Shown here piece after piece: positions 1-9,101 of a DNA stretch of 64,000 nucleotides (its first letter is position 1; each line of letters opens with the position of its first letter). The stretch lies in the NCBI GenBank assembly GCA_964633505.1, contig CAZWHC010000003.1, forward strand, positions 317,613 to 381,612, written 5' to 3'. This DNA comes from an uncultured Rikenellaceae bacterium (GTDB lineage Bacteria > Bacteroidota > Bacteroidia > Bacteroidales > VadinHA17). The notes below the pieces were generated by a model. It was given only the letters and a program-made list of their open reading frames with translations. It was not told the origin of the DNA and searched no databases. The position numbers and the translations under genes are program-made.

Positions 1-1
1 T

Positions 2-163
2 TTTCCCGTCATAAACACAACATGGCCCGACTGGTCGCCATTCAGACCGGGAGAATCGCTTGTGTTTTTCCGGCCGGTGTTCAATATAGCTGATTCAGCA
101 ATTACCTGCGGGGTATTCGCTATTATTATTTTTCAGAAGCGTATGTTCAGGGATATTGAATGA
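2..163 (+). CDS. lspA: lipoprotein signal peptidase (signal peptidase II), C-terminal fragment entering from the left edge
   Basis: Not in the ORF track because it is open at the window edge. My translation of frame 2 is FPVINTTWPDWSPFRPGESLVFFRPVFNIADSAITCGVFAIIIFQKRMFRDIE*, with stop TGA at 161-163. 'PVFNIADSAI..G' matches the conserved C-terminal Asp motif of LspA. Confidence 0.6.
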   Translation, partial: FPVINTTWPDWSPFRPGESLVFFRPVFNIADSAITCGVFAIIIFQKRMFRDIE

Positions 164-184
164 CAGGTATGGCGGCAGGAATGC

Positions 185-484
185 TTATTGAATGCAGCAT
201 TCCGCAACACAGTCCAAAAATTCGATCAGGTTTTCATTTTTCAGGAAGTAATAGGTGTTCTTACCGTCTCTTTTCGATCCCAGAACACCCTTGTCCTTAA
301 GTATTCCCAGATGATGAGATGCTGCTGACTGTTCAATTCCAAGCTGATTATGAATCTCTGTAACGGAAAGTGAGTTCTTTCCGTCGAGACATCCGATGAT
401 AGCAATTCTGACCGGGTGCGCCATAGCTTTAAGCATGCCGGCCGCTCTTTCAAGACTTTCGGGATTTAAATTTTTTATTTCCAT
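185..484 (-). CDS. ArsR/SmtB-family winged-helix transcriptional regulator
   Basis: 99 aa with the ArsR pattern 'AHPVRIAIIGCL..LSVTEI...LGIEQSAASHHLGILKDKGVL'. Confidence 0.8.
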   Translation of the reverse strand: MEIKNLNPESLERAAGMLKAMAHPVRIAIIGCLDGKNSLSVTEIHNQLGIEQSAASHHLGILKDKGVLGSKRDGKNTYYFLKNENLIEFLDCVAECCIQ

Positions 485-613
485 TAAATTTCCATTTCTT
501 TCAACAAATATATATTATTTTCTTTCACACGAATTTAATAGTTATTATAACCTCCTGATAATAATATTTATTTTAAGCATAAACGAATTTATTATATTTG
601 GTGAAACTTCTGT

Positions 614-1588
614 ATGCCGGCCCTTGGAAACATAAGAAAACCTGTAAGTGATGAAATGGATCACTTTGAAGGATATTTTGGCAGGACCGTGCAGACAAAA
701 ATCCCCCTGCTTAAGATAATCCTGAACTATATTTTCAGGCGCAAGGGAAAGCAGATGCGGCCATTGCTTGTTTTTCTCTCCGCAAAGCTTCATGGTGAAA
801 TCGCAGAGCCTGCATATGTAGCAGCCACGCTTATAGAACTTCTTCATACAGCCTCGCTTGTCCATGATGATGTAGTTGATAATTCGGATGAAAGAAGAGG
901 CGCTCTTTCCGTTAATGCCCTCTGGAATTCCAAAATTGCCGTTCTGCTTGGTGACTATCTTCTGTCGAAAGGATTGCTGATAAGCATCGAGAAGAACAGG
1001 CCGGATATGCTGGAAATAGTATCGGAAGCAGTGAAATCGATGACAGAGGCTGAGCTCCTTCAACTCCAGAAATCAAGAAAGCTGAATATCAGGGAAGATG
1101 ATTATTTCAGGATAATAACCGGAAAAACTGCAGCCCTTATTTCGGCCTGCACTGCTTGCGGTGCAAAATCAGTAACCGATGATCAGGATGCAATTAACCT
1201 TATGAGGGATTTCGGGGAATCGCTCGGGACTGCCTTCCAGATAAGGGACGATATACTCGATTATCAAAGTACCGGGCTCACAGGCAAGCCATCAGGAAAT
1301 GACATTAAAGAAAAGAAAATTACGCTGCCTCTTATCCATGCCCTTCAAAATGTACCTGTTGTTGCAAAAAAACGTATACTTGGAATTGTCGGAAGCCGGA
1401 AAAAATCAGTGGAGGATATTGAAGCTGTTGTAAGATTTGTCACGGAAAACGGCGGAATCGACTATGCAACGACGAAAATGTATCAGTACAGCGACAGGGC
1501 GCTTGCAATACTCGATACGTATCCTGATTCGGAAGTAAAGAATTCACTCCGGGAATTTGTGAATTACACTGTAATGAGAGATAAATGA
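614..1588 (+). CDS. polyprenyl diphosphate synthase (trans-isoprenyl, IspB-like)
   Basis: 324 aa. Both Asp-rich motifs are present: 'LVHDDVVDNSDERRG' and 'FQIRDDILDY'. Confidence 0.9.
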   Translation: MPALGNIRKPVSDEMDHFEGYFGRTVQTKIPLLKIILNYIFRRKGKQMRPLLVFLSAKLHGEIAEPAYVAATLIELLHTASLVHDDVVDNSDERRGALSVNALWNSKIAVLLGDYLLSKGLLISIEKNRPDMLEIVSEAVKSMTEAELLQLQKSRKLNIREDDYFRIITGKTAALISACTACGAKSVTDDQDAINLMRDFGESLGTAFQIRDDILDYQSTGLTGKPSGNDIKEKKITLPLIHALQNVPVVAKKRILGIVGSRKKSVEDIEAVVRFVTENGGIDYATTKMYQYSDRALAILDTYPDSEVKNSLREFVNYTVMRDK

Positions 1589-1591
1589 GCC

Positions 1592-1630
1592 CCTTCCCCC
1601 TGTTTTTACCGGCAGGGGAAGGTTCTTTTT
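1592..1630. terminator. hairpin between convergent genes (CCTTCCCC(C)TG / CAGGGGAAGG stem, loop TTTTTACCGG, then TTCTTTTT)
   Basis: Read directly: ccttccccctg-tttttaccgg-caggggaagg-ttcttttt. It lies 4 nt after the synthase stop and abuts the MFS gene stop on the other strand. The stem has one bulged C. Confidence 0.65.
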
Positions 1631-2916
1631 CAGGCAGCCTCAAGATTAATCTTTGTAACCTTCTCTATGTCGTTCCGGTAATATCTCGATCCCAGATAAA
1701 ACAGGACTGCACCCAGCACCAGTACCAGAGGAAGGATTTCAAGCGCTGTTTTAATATCGGAAGTAGAATCATAGATATTCCCTACAACAAGAGGGGCCAT
1801 TGAAGAACCAAGCAGGTTCTGAACCACAACAGCAATGGCATATGAAGTTGCCCGCAGACCGGGATGAATAACATCCTGTGTTACAGCCGAGGCTCCTGAA
1901 ATGAACATCATTATCGTTATCCCCATTACCAGGAAAACGGCAAACTGGGCAATCCCGTGAAAAACATTAAGCGCCAGGAAAAGCAGAACGGCCGAAACCA
2001 GGGATGAAAGCATAGGCAGGAAAAGCCTTGCGTTTATCCTGGTTTTTCTCCATCTGTCGGTAAGAATTCCGCCCAGAGGAGCACCAACGAGCGCCAGTAC
2101 CATTACGGCACTCGCCATGGTACCGGCTTTCGCCTGAGGAAGACCGTTAACAGCCTGAAAATATGTGGCAAGCCATGTAATTAGCGATGTCGTAACAAAG
2201 ACAACTGCCGCAATACCGAAATATGTATAAATTATCGAAGGCTTTGAAAGGAACTCCCTCATAATGTCTTTGCGTTCCATCCTGACCCTGTTTGCAGATT
2301 TGTCGACGAAAGAAAGATCAACAGTCTTGTAATCCTTTACGAAAAGGAACATTATTGCAACAATCAATCCCGGAATGGCAACAAGCCCGAAAGCATGCTT
2401 CCATCCCCAATTTGTTGCAATTATCCCTCCCAGCAGAACCCCTATGGCCGTTCCCAGAGGTATCGAGGCATTCCAGATGCCCATCATTTTTGATCTTTTT
2501 TCGATAGGGTAAAGACCCGATATCATTGCGCTTCCACCGGGAGCATAACCCGCTTCCCCTACGCCTATGAGAAGCCGGGCCATGAAAAGCTGGACATAAT
2601 TCCCGGTAAGGGCACAAAGGGCGGTGGCAAGGCTCCATAATATGGCCATCATTCCAATGGTCTTCGTACGGCTCCAGCGGTCGACAAGCAGTGAAACGGG
2701 AAACGTAAGGATCACAATGGCCCAGTATACGGCCGACATCAGCAAACCGCTCTGGGTGTGGTTTATTCCCCAGTCCCTTTCTATGGAAGTGAACATTGAT
2801 GTGACTATCGACCTGTCGATATAATCGAACATATACAACAGGAAAAGAAGTACAAATACGTAATTGGAATACTTTTTCGAAAAAAGATATCCCTGGCGGG
2901 ATTCTGGATTATTCAT
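1630..2916 (-). CDS. MFS transporter
   Basis: 428 aa with about 12 hydrophobic segments. Has the MFS-type loop 'DRWSRTKT' and 'LLIGVGEAGYAPG'. Confidence 0.8.
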   Translation of the reverse strand: MNNPESRQGYLFSKKYSNYVFVLLFLLYMFDYIDRSIVTSMFTSIERDWGINHTQSGLLMSAVYWAIVILTFPVSLLVDRWSRTKTIGMMAILWSLATALCALTGNYVQLFMARLLIGVGEAGYAPGGSAMISGLYPIEKRSKMMGIWNASIPLGTAIGVLLGGIIATNWGWKHAFGLVAIPGLIVAIMFLFVKDYKTVDLSFVDKSANRVRMERKDIMREFLSKPSIIYTYFGIAAVVFVTTSLITWLATYFQAVNGLPQAKAGTMASAVMVLALVGAPLGGILTDRWRKTRINARLFLPMLSSLVSAVLLFLALNVFHGIAQFAVFLVMGITIMMFISGASAVTQDVIHPGLRATSYAIAVVVQNLLGSSMAPLVVGNIYDSTSDIKTALEILPLVLVLGAVLFYLGSRYYRNDIEKVTKINLEAA

Positions 2917-3051
2917 TGATTTTTACAGGTTAGCCTCCACCAAATAAATAAAAAATATTCTTGATTGTGTTTTTTATAGTAAATTTAAGTCTTTATACTT
3001 ACTAACCGGATACTCACCGTATCTGTCCTTTTAACCAAATTTAAATTACCC

Positions 3052-3501
3052 ATGGTTACCCTGAAACAAATTGAAGAATTTCTCGCATCAGAACCCATCG
3101 CAATGGCCGGTGTGTCGCGCAATCCTAAAAAATTTGGCTTCGCTGCATTCAAGGAACTCAAGGAAAAGGGAATGAACATTATTCCTGTAAACCCTTATGC
3201 TGAGGAAATACATGGATGCAAGGTCTATAAAGACATAAAAAGCCTTCCCGATAATGTAAGGGGGCTGATTGTAATGACAGGAAAAGATCAGACTGCCGCT
3301 GTGATCAGAGATGCCAGATCGAGGGGAATAAAGCAGATATGGATACAGCAGATGGCGGAATCGAAGGAGGTTCTTAACGAACTTGAAGGTTCAGATATCA
3401 ATTACATAACCCGCGAATGTATCCTGATGCATTATAAACCTCACAGCATTCATAAATTTCATGCCGGTTTAAAGAAATTTTTCAGAAGGTTCCCAAAATA
3501 A
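3052..3501 (+). CDS. CoA-binding domain protein (YccU/YneT-like)
   Basis: 149 aa. 'IAMAGVSRNPKKFG...IPVNP......VY..I..LP' is typical of the small CoA-binding Rossmann family. Confidence 0.65.
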   Translation: MVTLKQIEEFLASEPIAMAGVSRNPKKFGFAAFKELKEKGMNIIPVNPYAEEIHGCKVYKDIKSLPDNVRGLIVMTGKDQTAAVIRDARSRGIKQIWIQQMAESKEVLNELEGSDINYITRECILMHYKPHSIHKFHAGLKKFFRRFPK

Positions 3502-3508
3502 GGATCGC

Positions 3509-5242
3509 TTGCTGCCATTGATAAAACCCCCTCCCGTAAAGGGGAAATACGACATTTATCCCTCTTTCAGAATTGATGACAACAATGTAAGCGAGGGATA
3601 TGATTCTCTTTTTGAATTTATAAGGAAGAACCACCTCATAATTATCGACGGATACAACGGAGCCGGATTTGATGCTTTCCGTGAAAATCTTGAAAAGATA
3701 CTTGAGAGAGAGGGCATAACAAGTTCATGGAAGAATTTCAGGGATTTTTACCTTCCTGAAAATAAGATAAGGGAAATCACAAACCCTTTCCTTGGAGAAA
3801 GCGATCCTCTTTTCGGTACAAGAACTTCCCTTGTCCTGGAGGATCTTCTTATCCCCGGGTTTAAGGAATCATACATGCCCGACTCCGGATGCGATATTAA
3901 TTTTGTAATAGGTCCCGGAGCCTCCCTTATTCCGGAACCGGGCTTACTTTTGTACATCGACATACCGAAAAATGAGATCCTCGCCGCATCACGCAGAGTC
4001 GAAATGACAAATCTGGGTTTATCATCTCCATCGAACCCAAAGGAAATGTACAAATATTTCTATTTTGTCGAGTGGATTGTCCTAAACAGGCACAAGGAGC
4101 TTTTACTCCCGCACGCCGACATCTGGATTGACGGTCAGCGCCGCGACACTCCCGTGTGGATGGAAGGAAGCGTACTCAGGCAGACACTCCGCCTTATGTC
4201 ACACAGCATTTTCAGGGCAAGGCCATGGTTCGAATCCGGTGCATGGGGAGGCAGCTGGATAAAGAACAATATCCCGGGGCTGCGGCAGGATGTGCCGAAT
4301 TATGCATGGTCGTATGAGCTTATCACTCCTGAAAACGGCATTCTGATAGAGAGCTCCTCCCTGTTACTTGAAACCTCGTTCGACTGCCTTATGTTTCAGG
4401 AGGCCGGGGCTGTTCTTGGTGACTGCCATCACAGATTCGGCAATGAATTTCCAATCCGCTTCGACTTCCTCGATACCTTCGACGGCGGCAACCTTTCGAT
4501 TCAGTGCCATCCGCGTCCGGAATACATGAAAAAACATTTCGGCCAGGATTTTACACAGGAAGAGTCATATTATATACTCGACACAAAAGATGATGCAGTA
4601 GTATACCTCGGATTCCGCGATGATGTCGATCCTGAAGTATTCCACAAAGAGCTTGGGGATAGCCGGGAAGAAAGCAGGCCTGTGGATATCGATAAATTCA
4701 TACTGAGCCACCAGGTGAAAAAACATGACCTTCTGCTGATACCTTACGGTACGATACACGGATCGGGACGCAATAACATGGTCCTTGAAATAAGCTCCAC
4801 ACCGTATATCTTTACGTTCAAGATGTACGACTGGCTCAGGCCCGACCTTGACGGCAGGCCCAGACCACTCAATATCGAAAGGGGCATGGATAACCTTTAT
4901 TTCGAAAGGAAGGGATCGCTCGTGAATAAGGAACTGATTCCCAGACCAGTGCTCCTCTCTTCCGGAAAAGGGTGGCAACATTATAATCTTCCCACTCATG
5001 AAACACATTTATACGATGTGCACAGGTATCATATAGCAGGTGAAAAGGAGATTTATACCGGTAATAAATGCCTTGTAATGAATCTTGTTGAAGGAGAATG
5101 TATTGAGATAATAACATCATCAGGAGTAAAATGTGATTTCAATTTTGCCGAAACCTTTGTCGTTCCGGCCGCAGCTGAAAGCATAAGAGTAATAAACAGA
5201 TCTCAGAAAGCAGCAGTAATTGTATCAGCATTTGTAAAATAA
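3509..5242 (+). CDS. type I phosphomannose-isomerase-like cupin protein with a long N-terminal extension
   Basis: 577 aa with a TTG start at 3509; the first in-frame ATG lies well downstream. Zn-ligand pattern is 'LSIQCHPRPEY...QEESYYILD...IPYGTIHGSG' (QxH / E / H). It lies 8 nt upstream of the GH38 gene. Confidence 0.6.
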   Translation: MLPLIKPPPVKGKYDIYPSFRIDDNNVSEGYDSLFEFIRKNHLIIIDGYNGAGFDAFRENLEKILEREGITSSWKNFRDFYLPENKIREITNPFLGESDPLFGTRTSLVLEDLLIPGFKESYMPDSGCDINFVIGPGASLIPEPGLLLYIDIPKNEILAASRRVEMTNLGLSSPSNPKEMYKYFYFVEWIVLNRHKELLLPHADIWIDGQRRDTPVWMEGSVLRQTLRLMSHSIFRARPWFESGAWGGSWIKNNIPGLRQDVPNYAWSYELITPENGILIESSSLLLETSFDCLMFQEAGAVLGDCHHRFGNEFPIRFDFLDTFDGGNLSIQCHPRPEYMKKHFGQDFTQEESYYILDTKDDAVVYLGFRDDVDPEVFHKELGDSREESRPVDIDKFILSHQVKKHDLLLIPYGTIHGSGRNNMVLEISSTPYIFTFKMYDWLRPDLDGRPRPLNIERGMDNLYFERKGSLVNKELIPRPVLLSSGKGWQHYNLPTHETHLYDVHRYHIAGEKEIYTGNKCLVMNLVEGECIEIITSSGVKCDFNFAETFVVPAAAESIRVINRSQKAAVIVSAFVK

Positions 5243-5250
5243 TCCATCCC

Positions 5251-8200
5251 ATGAAAAAGTCATTGATTATCCCGGCATTAATGATCTTAACGACGGCATT
5301 CCGCCTGAACAGCCAGTCGTTCATTTCATCAGAAGATGAACTCGTAAACGGTTATAATCAGAAATTATCAGGAACCGATTACGATTATCACTCATGCATT
5401 CCGGGATTCAGGGAATGTATGATAGTAAGGGCCGAGAACGGCACCGACTTCATGGAATGGGAAACAGATCCTTATATCCCCGGAAGCAGAAAGAAATATT
5501 CAGCTTTCATCTGGGTGACGGCCATAGGTTCAAATACCGGTCTTGCTCCGATGGTACTGACTACCAGCCTGAATAACAAATTCACCTTTTACACCGATGG
5601 CCGGAAAGAATGGAAACTGGATGCTGGTGACGGATCTTCACTTTCTTTCAATGCTATAATGACCGACCAGCACGGCAATCATCACGGATATATGATACTG
5701 AGGATACCGGCTGATATGCTGGAGACAGGCAAAGCATTGAAAATAAAGGTCACGGGAGGCGATGCCAGGCTTACATCATGGTATATGACCTTTAAAAAGC
5801 AGATAAAGACAGGGATAACATTAAATGCCTTCCCCGCCATCCTTAAAAAAGACAATGCACATTTACAGCTTGTAGAAGTGGCTGTGTTTTATTTCGGCAA
5901 TGATTCGGAATGCAGTATCTATGCAAACAATGCTCTTATTGCCAGATCTGTCCTTAAATTTGGCTATAACACCGTTGATGCCGGAATAAAGCAGGTTGCG
6001 AAACCCACGAAGGTAAATCTCAAAGTCGTCGCCGGCGATTTCTCAGCTTCGGGTCAGGTGGTGCTGAATCCGGTGCGCTTATGGGATCTTAGTTTCATTC
6101 AGCATTCCCATACCGATATCGGTTATACAAGGTCGCAGACCGAGATACTTGCCGAACATCTCAGATATATCGATTATGCTCTCGACTATTGCGATGCCAC
6201 CGACAGCTATCCTGACAATGCCAGGTTCAGATGGACATGTGAGGCATCGTGGCCTGTCGATGAATATCTGAAGACGAGGCCGCCTGCACAGGTGGAAAGG
6301 CTGCTTAAAAGGATCCGTGAAGGCCGGATTGAGGTTACCGGCATGTATTTCAATTTCGATGAGATACCCGATGAGCAGATACTTGCCTCATCGCTTGCTG
6401 CCGCCGGAAGGATAAGGGATAAAGGAATTCCGGTCAGCCTTGCCATGCAGAATGATGTCAACGGTATAGGCTGGTGCATGAACGACTATTTCAACCAGCT
6501 GGGGATCAAATACCTGAATATGGGAACACACGGCCACAGGGCGCTGATATGCTTCGACAAGCCAACGATGTTCTGGTGGGAATCCCCGTCGGGGAAAAGG
6601 ATCCTTACCTTCAGGGCTGAGCATTATATGACAGGCAACACCGTTTTTGACATACAAAGCGGCGATCTGAACAAGTTCAGGTATAACCTGCTCAACTATC
6701 TCAGAAACCTTGAAAAGCTTAATTATCCGTACGAGGAAATGGCAATACAGCTGTCGGGTTATCTTACCGACAATTCGCCGCCTTCAACCATTGCCGGCGA
6801 TATGATAATGAAGTGGAATGAGGTCTTTGAATGGCCGAAATTATCAACATCAACGGCAGAATCATTTTTCAGTGTGATGGAGAAAAAGCATGGAAGCGAA
6901 TTCCCTGTTATAAGGGGCGCCTGGCCTGACTGGTGGACCGACGGGTTCGGAGCCTCCGCCAGGGAAACTGCAGTAACACGCAAAACCTCGGCTTCACTTA
7001 TTGCAAATACAGGAGCGCTTTCGATGGCTGCCATAGCCGGTATTGATATCCCCGCTCCTTCCATGCGGAAAATCGACCTTGTAAATGATGCATTGCTGTT
7101 CTATACAGAACACACCACCGGATATTCTGAAAGCGTCAGGGAACCTCTCAGCCAGCCTACCATGGAACAGCGCGCAATGAAGGAATCGTATGCATGGGAA
7201 GCCGGCAGGAGAGCCGCATCCCTTGGCGAAGATGCTTTAGGTTTGCTCCAGTCTCTGTTCAGGAGGGAAAAGGAACCTTCACTGATAGTCTTCAATTCAC
7301 TTAACTGGCAAAGATCGGGACTGGCAGTTGTATATATCGATCATCAGATCGTTCCCATCAACAGTGAGGCCGGCGTTTTCGACAGGTCGGGGAAACGTAT
7401 TCCTGCACAGGCCCTTTCACACAGGGCCGACGGAACCTATTGGGCTATATGGTTCGACTCTGTGCCGGCATTCGGATACAGGAAATATACTATACGGCCG
7501 CTTGAAGAAAGAACATCAATGGAAAATACTGAAAAGCCCGGGGAACTAGAAAACAGGTGGTACAGGATTGTCCCGGATTATTCGAGGGGAACCATTAGTT
7601 CGTGGTACGACAAGGACCTTCAGCTTGAACTTGCAGATCTTAACTCAAAATACGGTATCGCTGAATTCATTCTTGAACAACTGGGTAACAGGAGCCAGAT
7701 GGAAAGCAAAAAGCTTGTCGACTTCAAAAGGATGGGGCTTGATACAGTATGGTTTGAATCAGCAACCAAGGGACCTGTCTTTAACAGCATCAGATTCAGG
7801 GGAGAATCTGAGACTGCAGTGAATCCGGCAGGATATTCAGTTGAGTTCCGTTTGTTCAATACTGAAAAAAGAATTGAAATAGCATGCTCAATAATTAAGA
7901 AATCCATTACAGATCCGGAGAGCTTTTACATAGCATTTCCACTCTTCCTCGATGATGGCAGGCATTTTACCGAGGTGCAGGGCGGAATTATCGAAACGGG
8001 AAAAGATCAGATACCCGGCTCATCGAACGACTGGTACACAGTCCAGAACTTCACTTCGATAAAGAATAAGAATGCCCAGGTGGTAATGGGGTGCGGCGAA
8101 ATGCCGCTTATGCAGTTCGGAGCTATAAATACGGGAAGGTACAAAGCAGGAGCCATGCCCCAGACAACCGGCATCTTCTCCTGGCCAATGAATAATTACT

Positions 8201-8616
8201 GGGTCACAAATTTCAATGCCGACCAGAGGGGAGGGCATACCTGGACTTACTATCTTACCTCGTCGGAAGATGTATCGGGGAGTTTCGCAACAAGATTCGG
8301 CTGGGGATCACGAATACCTTTTCTCACAAGGATCCTGCCGGGGGATGGTACCGGCGACGCCATGGATGCCGGATCGTTCATTGAGGGATGGCCCGGTAAT
8401 ATTATTGTGATAAGCTCCCGTCCGGCTGATGACGGGAAATCGCTTCTGGTGCATGTGAGGGAGACAGGCGGGAAAGAAACAAACCTCTCCCTTTCTTCCG
8501 GACTGACCGGGCAGAAACTGAAGCTTACAGAAGCTGATCCTACAGGCTTACCTGCAGGCAATATAAGCCTTCTAAAGCCTCTTGAATCAAAATTTTTCCT
8601 TATAACAATTGAATAG
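5251..8616 (+). CDS. secreted glycoside hydrolase family 38-like alpha-mannosidase
   Basis: 1121 aa with an N-terminal signal peptide (MKKSLIIPALMILTTAF). GH38 N-domain motif 'FIQHSHTDIGYT' (HSHxDxG) is present. The large multi-domain size is typical. Confidence 0.7.
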   Translation: MKKSLIIPALMILTTAFRLNSQSFISSEDELVNGYNQKLSGTDYDYHSCIPGFRECMIVRAENGTDFMEWETDPYIPGSRKKYSAFIWVTAIGSNTGLAPMVLTTSLNNKFTFYTDGRKEWKLDAGDGSSLSFNAIMTDQHGNHHGYMILRIPADMLETGKALKIKVTGGDARLTSWYMTFKKQIKTGITLNAFPAILKKDNAHLQLVEVAVFYFGNDSECSIYANNALIARSVLKFGYNTVDAGIKQVAKPTKVNLKVVAGDFSASGQVVLNPVRLWDLSFIQHSHTDIGYTRSQTEILAEHLRYIDYALDYCDATDSYPDNARFRWTCEASWPVDEYLKTRPPAQVERLLKRIREGRIEVTGMYFNFDEIPDEQILASSLAAAGRIRDKGIPVSLAMQNDVNGIGWCMNDYFNQLGIKYLNMGTHGHRALICFDKPTMFWWESPSGKRILTFRAEHYMTGNTVFDIQSGDLNKFRYNLLNYLRNLEKLNYPYEEMAIQLSGYLTDNSPPSTIAGDMIMKWNEVFEWPKLSTSTAESFFSVMEKKHGSEFPVIRGAWPDWWTDGFGASARETAVTRKTSASLIANTGALSMAAIAGIDIPAPSMRKIDLVNDALLFYTEHTTGYSESVREPLSQPTMEQRAMKESYAWEAGRRAASLGEDALGLLQSLFRREKEPSLIVFNSLNWQRSGLAVVYIDHQIVPINSEAGVFDRSGKRIPAQALSHRADGTYWAIWFDSVPAFGYRKYTIRPLEERTSMENTEKPGELENRWYRIVPDYSRGTISSWYDKDLQLELADLNSKYGIAEFILEQLGNRSQMESKKLVDFKRMGLDTVWFESATKGPVFNSIRFRGESETAVNPAGYSVEFRLFNTEKRIEIACSIIKKSITDPESFYIAFPLFLDDGRHFTEVQGGIIETGKDQIPGSSNDWYTVQNFTSIKNKNAQVVMGCGEMPLMQFGAINTGRYKAGAMPQTTGIFSWPMNNYWVTNFNADQRGGHTWTYYLTSSEDVSGSFATRFGWGSRIPFLTRILPGDGTGDAMDAGSFIEGWPGNIIVISSRPADDGKSLLVHVRETGGKETNLSLSSGLTGQKLKLTEADPTGLPAGNISLLKPLESKFFLITIE

Positions 8617-8669
8617 GAAACAGCGGAAAATAAACTTTGTAAATTGCAGGCTTCAAAATCATATACAAA

Positions 8670-9086
8670 ATGATGCTTATGGAAAGGGCCGGTAACATAT
8701 ATAGCCTTGAATTCAGGGTAAGGGATTACGAATGTGACATACAGGGAGTTGTTAACAATGCCAATTATCAGCATTACCTCGAGCATGCCCGTCATGAATT
8801 TCTTATCTCGAAAGGAATAAGCTTTGCAGCGCTTCATGATGAAGGCCTCGACCTTATAGTAACAAAGGTTGAAATAGAATACAAGTTCCCGCTCAGAAGC
8901 CGCGACTCCTTTGTTGTGACTGTAAACATGGCAAGGGAGGGAAACATAAGGATAGCTTTCTATCAGGAGATTTACAGAATTCCCGATAACAAACTGATAG
9001 TCAAAGCTAAGATTACAACGGCGGCCACCAGGAACGGGAGACCGGTTTTTCCGGCTGATCTGATAAGTCAACTTGGTCTTGAATAA
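8670..9086 (+). CDS. acyl-CoA thioesterase, 4HBT/YbgC hot-dog family
   Basis: 138 aa. 'FRVRDYECDIQGVVNNANYQHYLEHARHEFL' is the YbgC-type catalytic-Asp N-terminus. Confidence 0.8.
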   Translation: MMLMERAGNIYSLEFRVRDYECDIQGVVNNANYQHYLEHARHEFLISKGISFAALHDEGLDLIVTKVEIEYKFPLRSRDSFVVTVNMAREGNIRIAFYQEIYRIPDNKLIVKAKITTAATRNGRPVFPADLISQLGLE

Positions 9087-9101
9087 ACAATATACAGCAA
9101 A

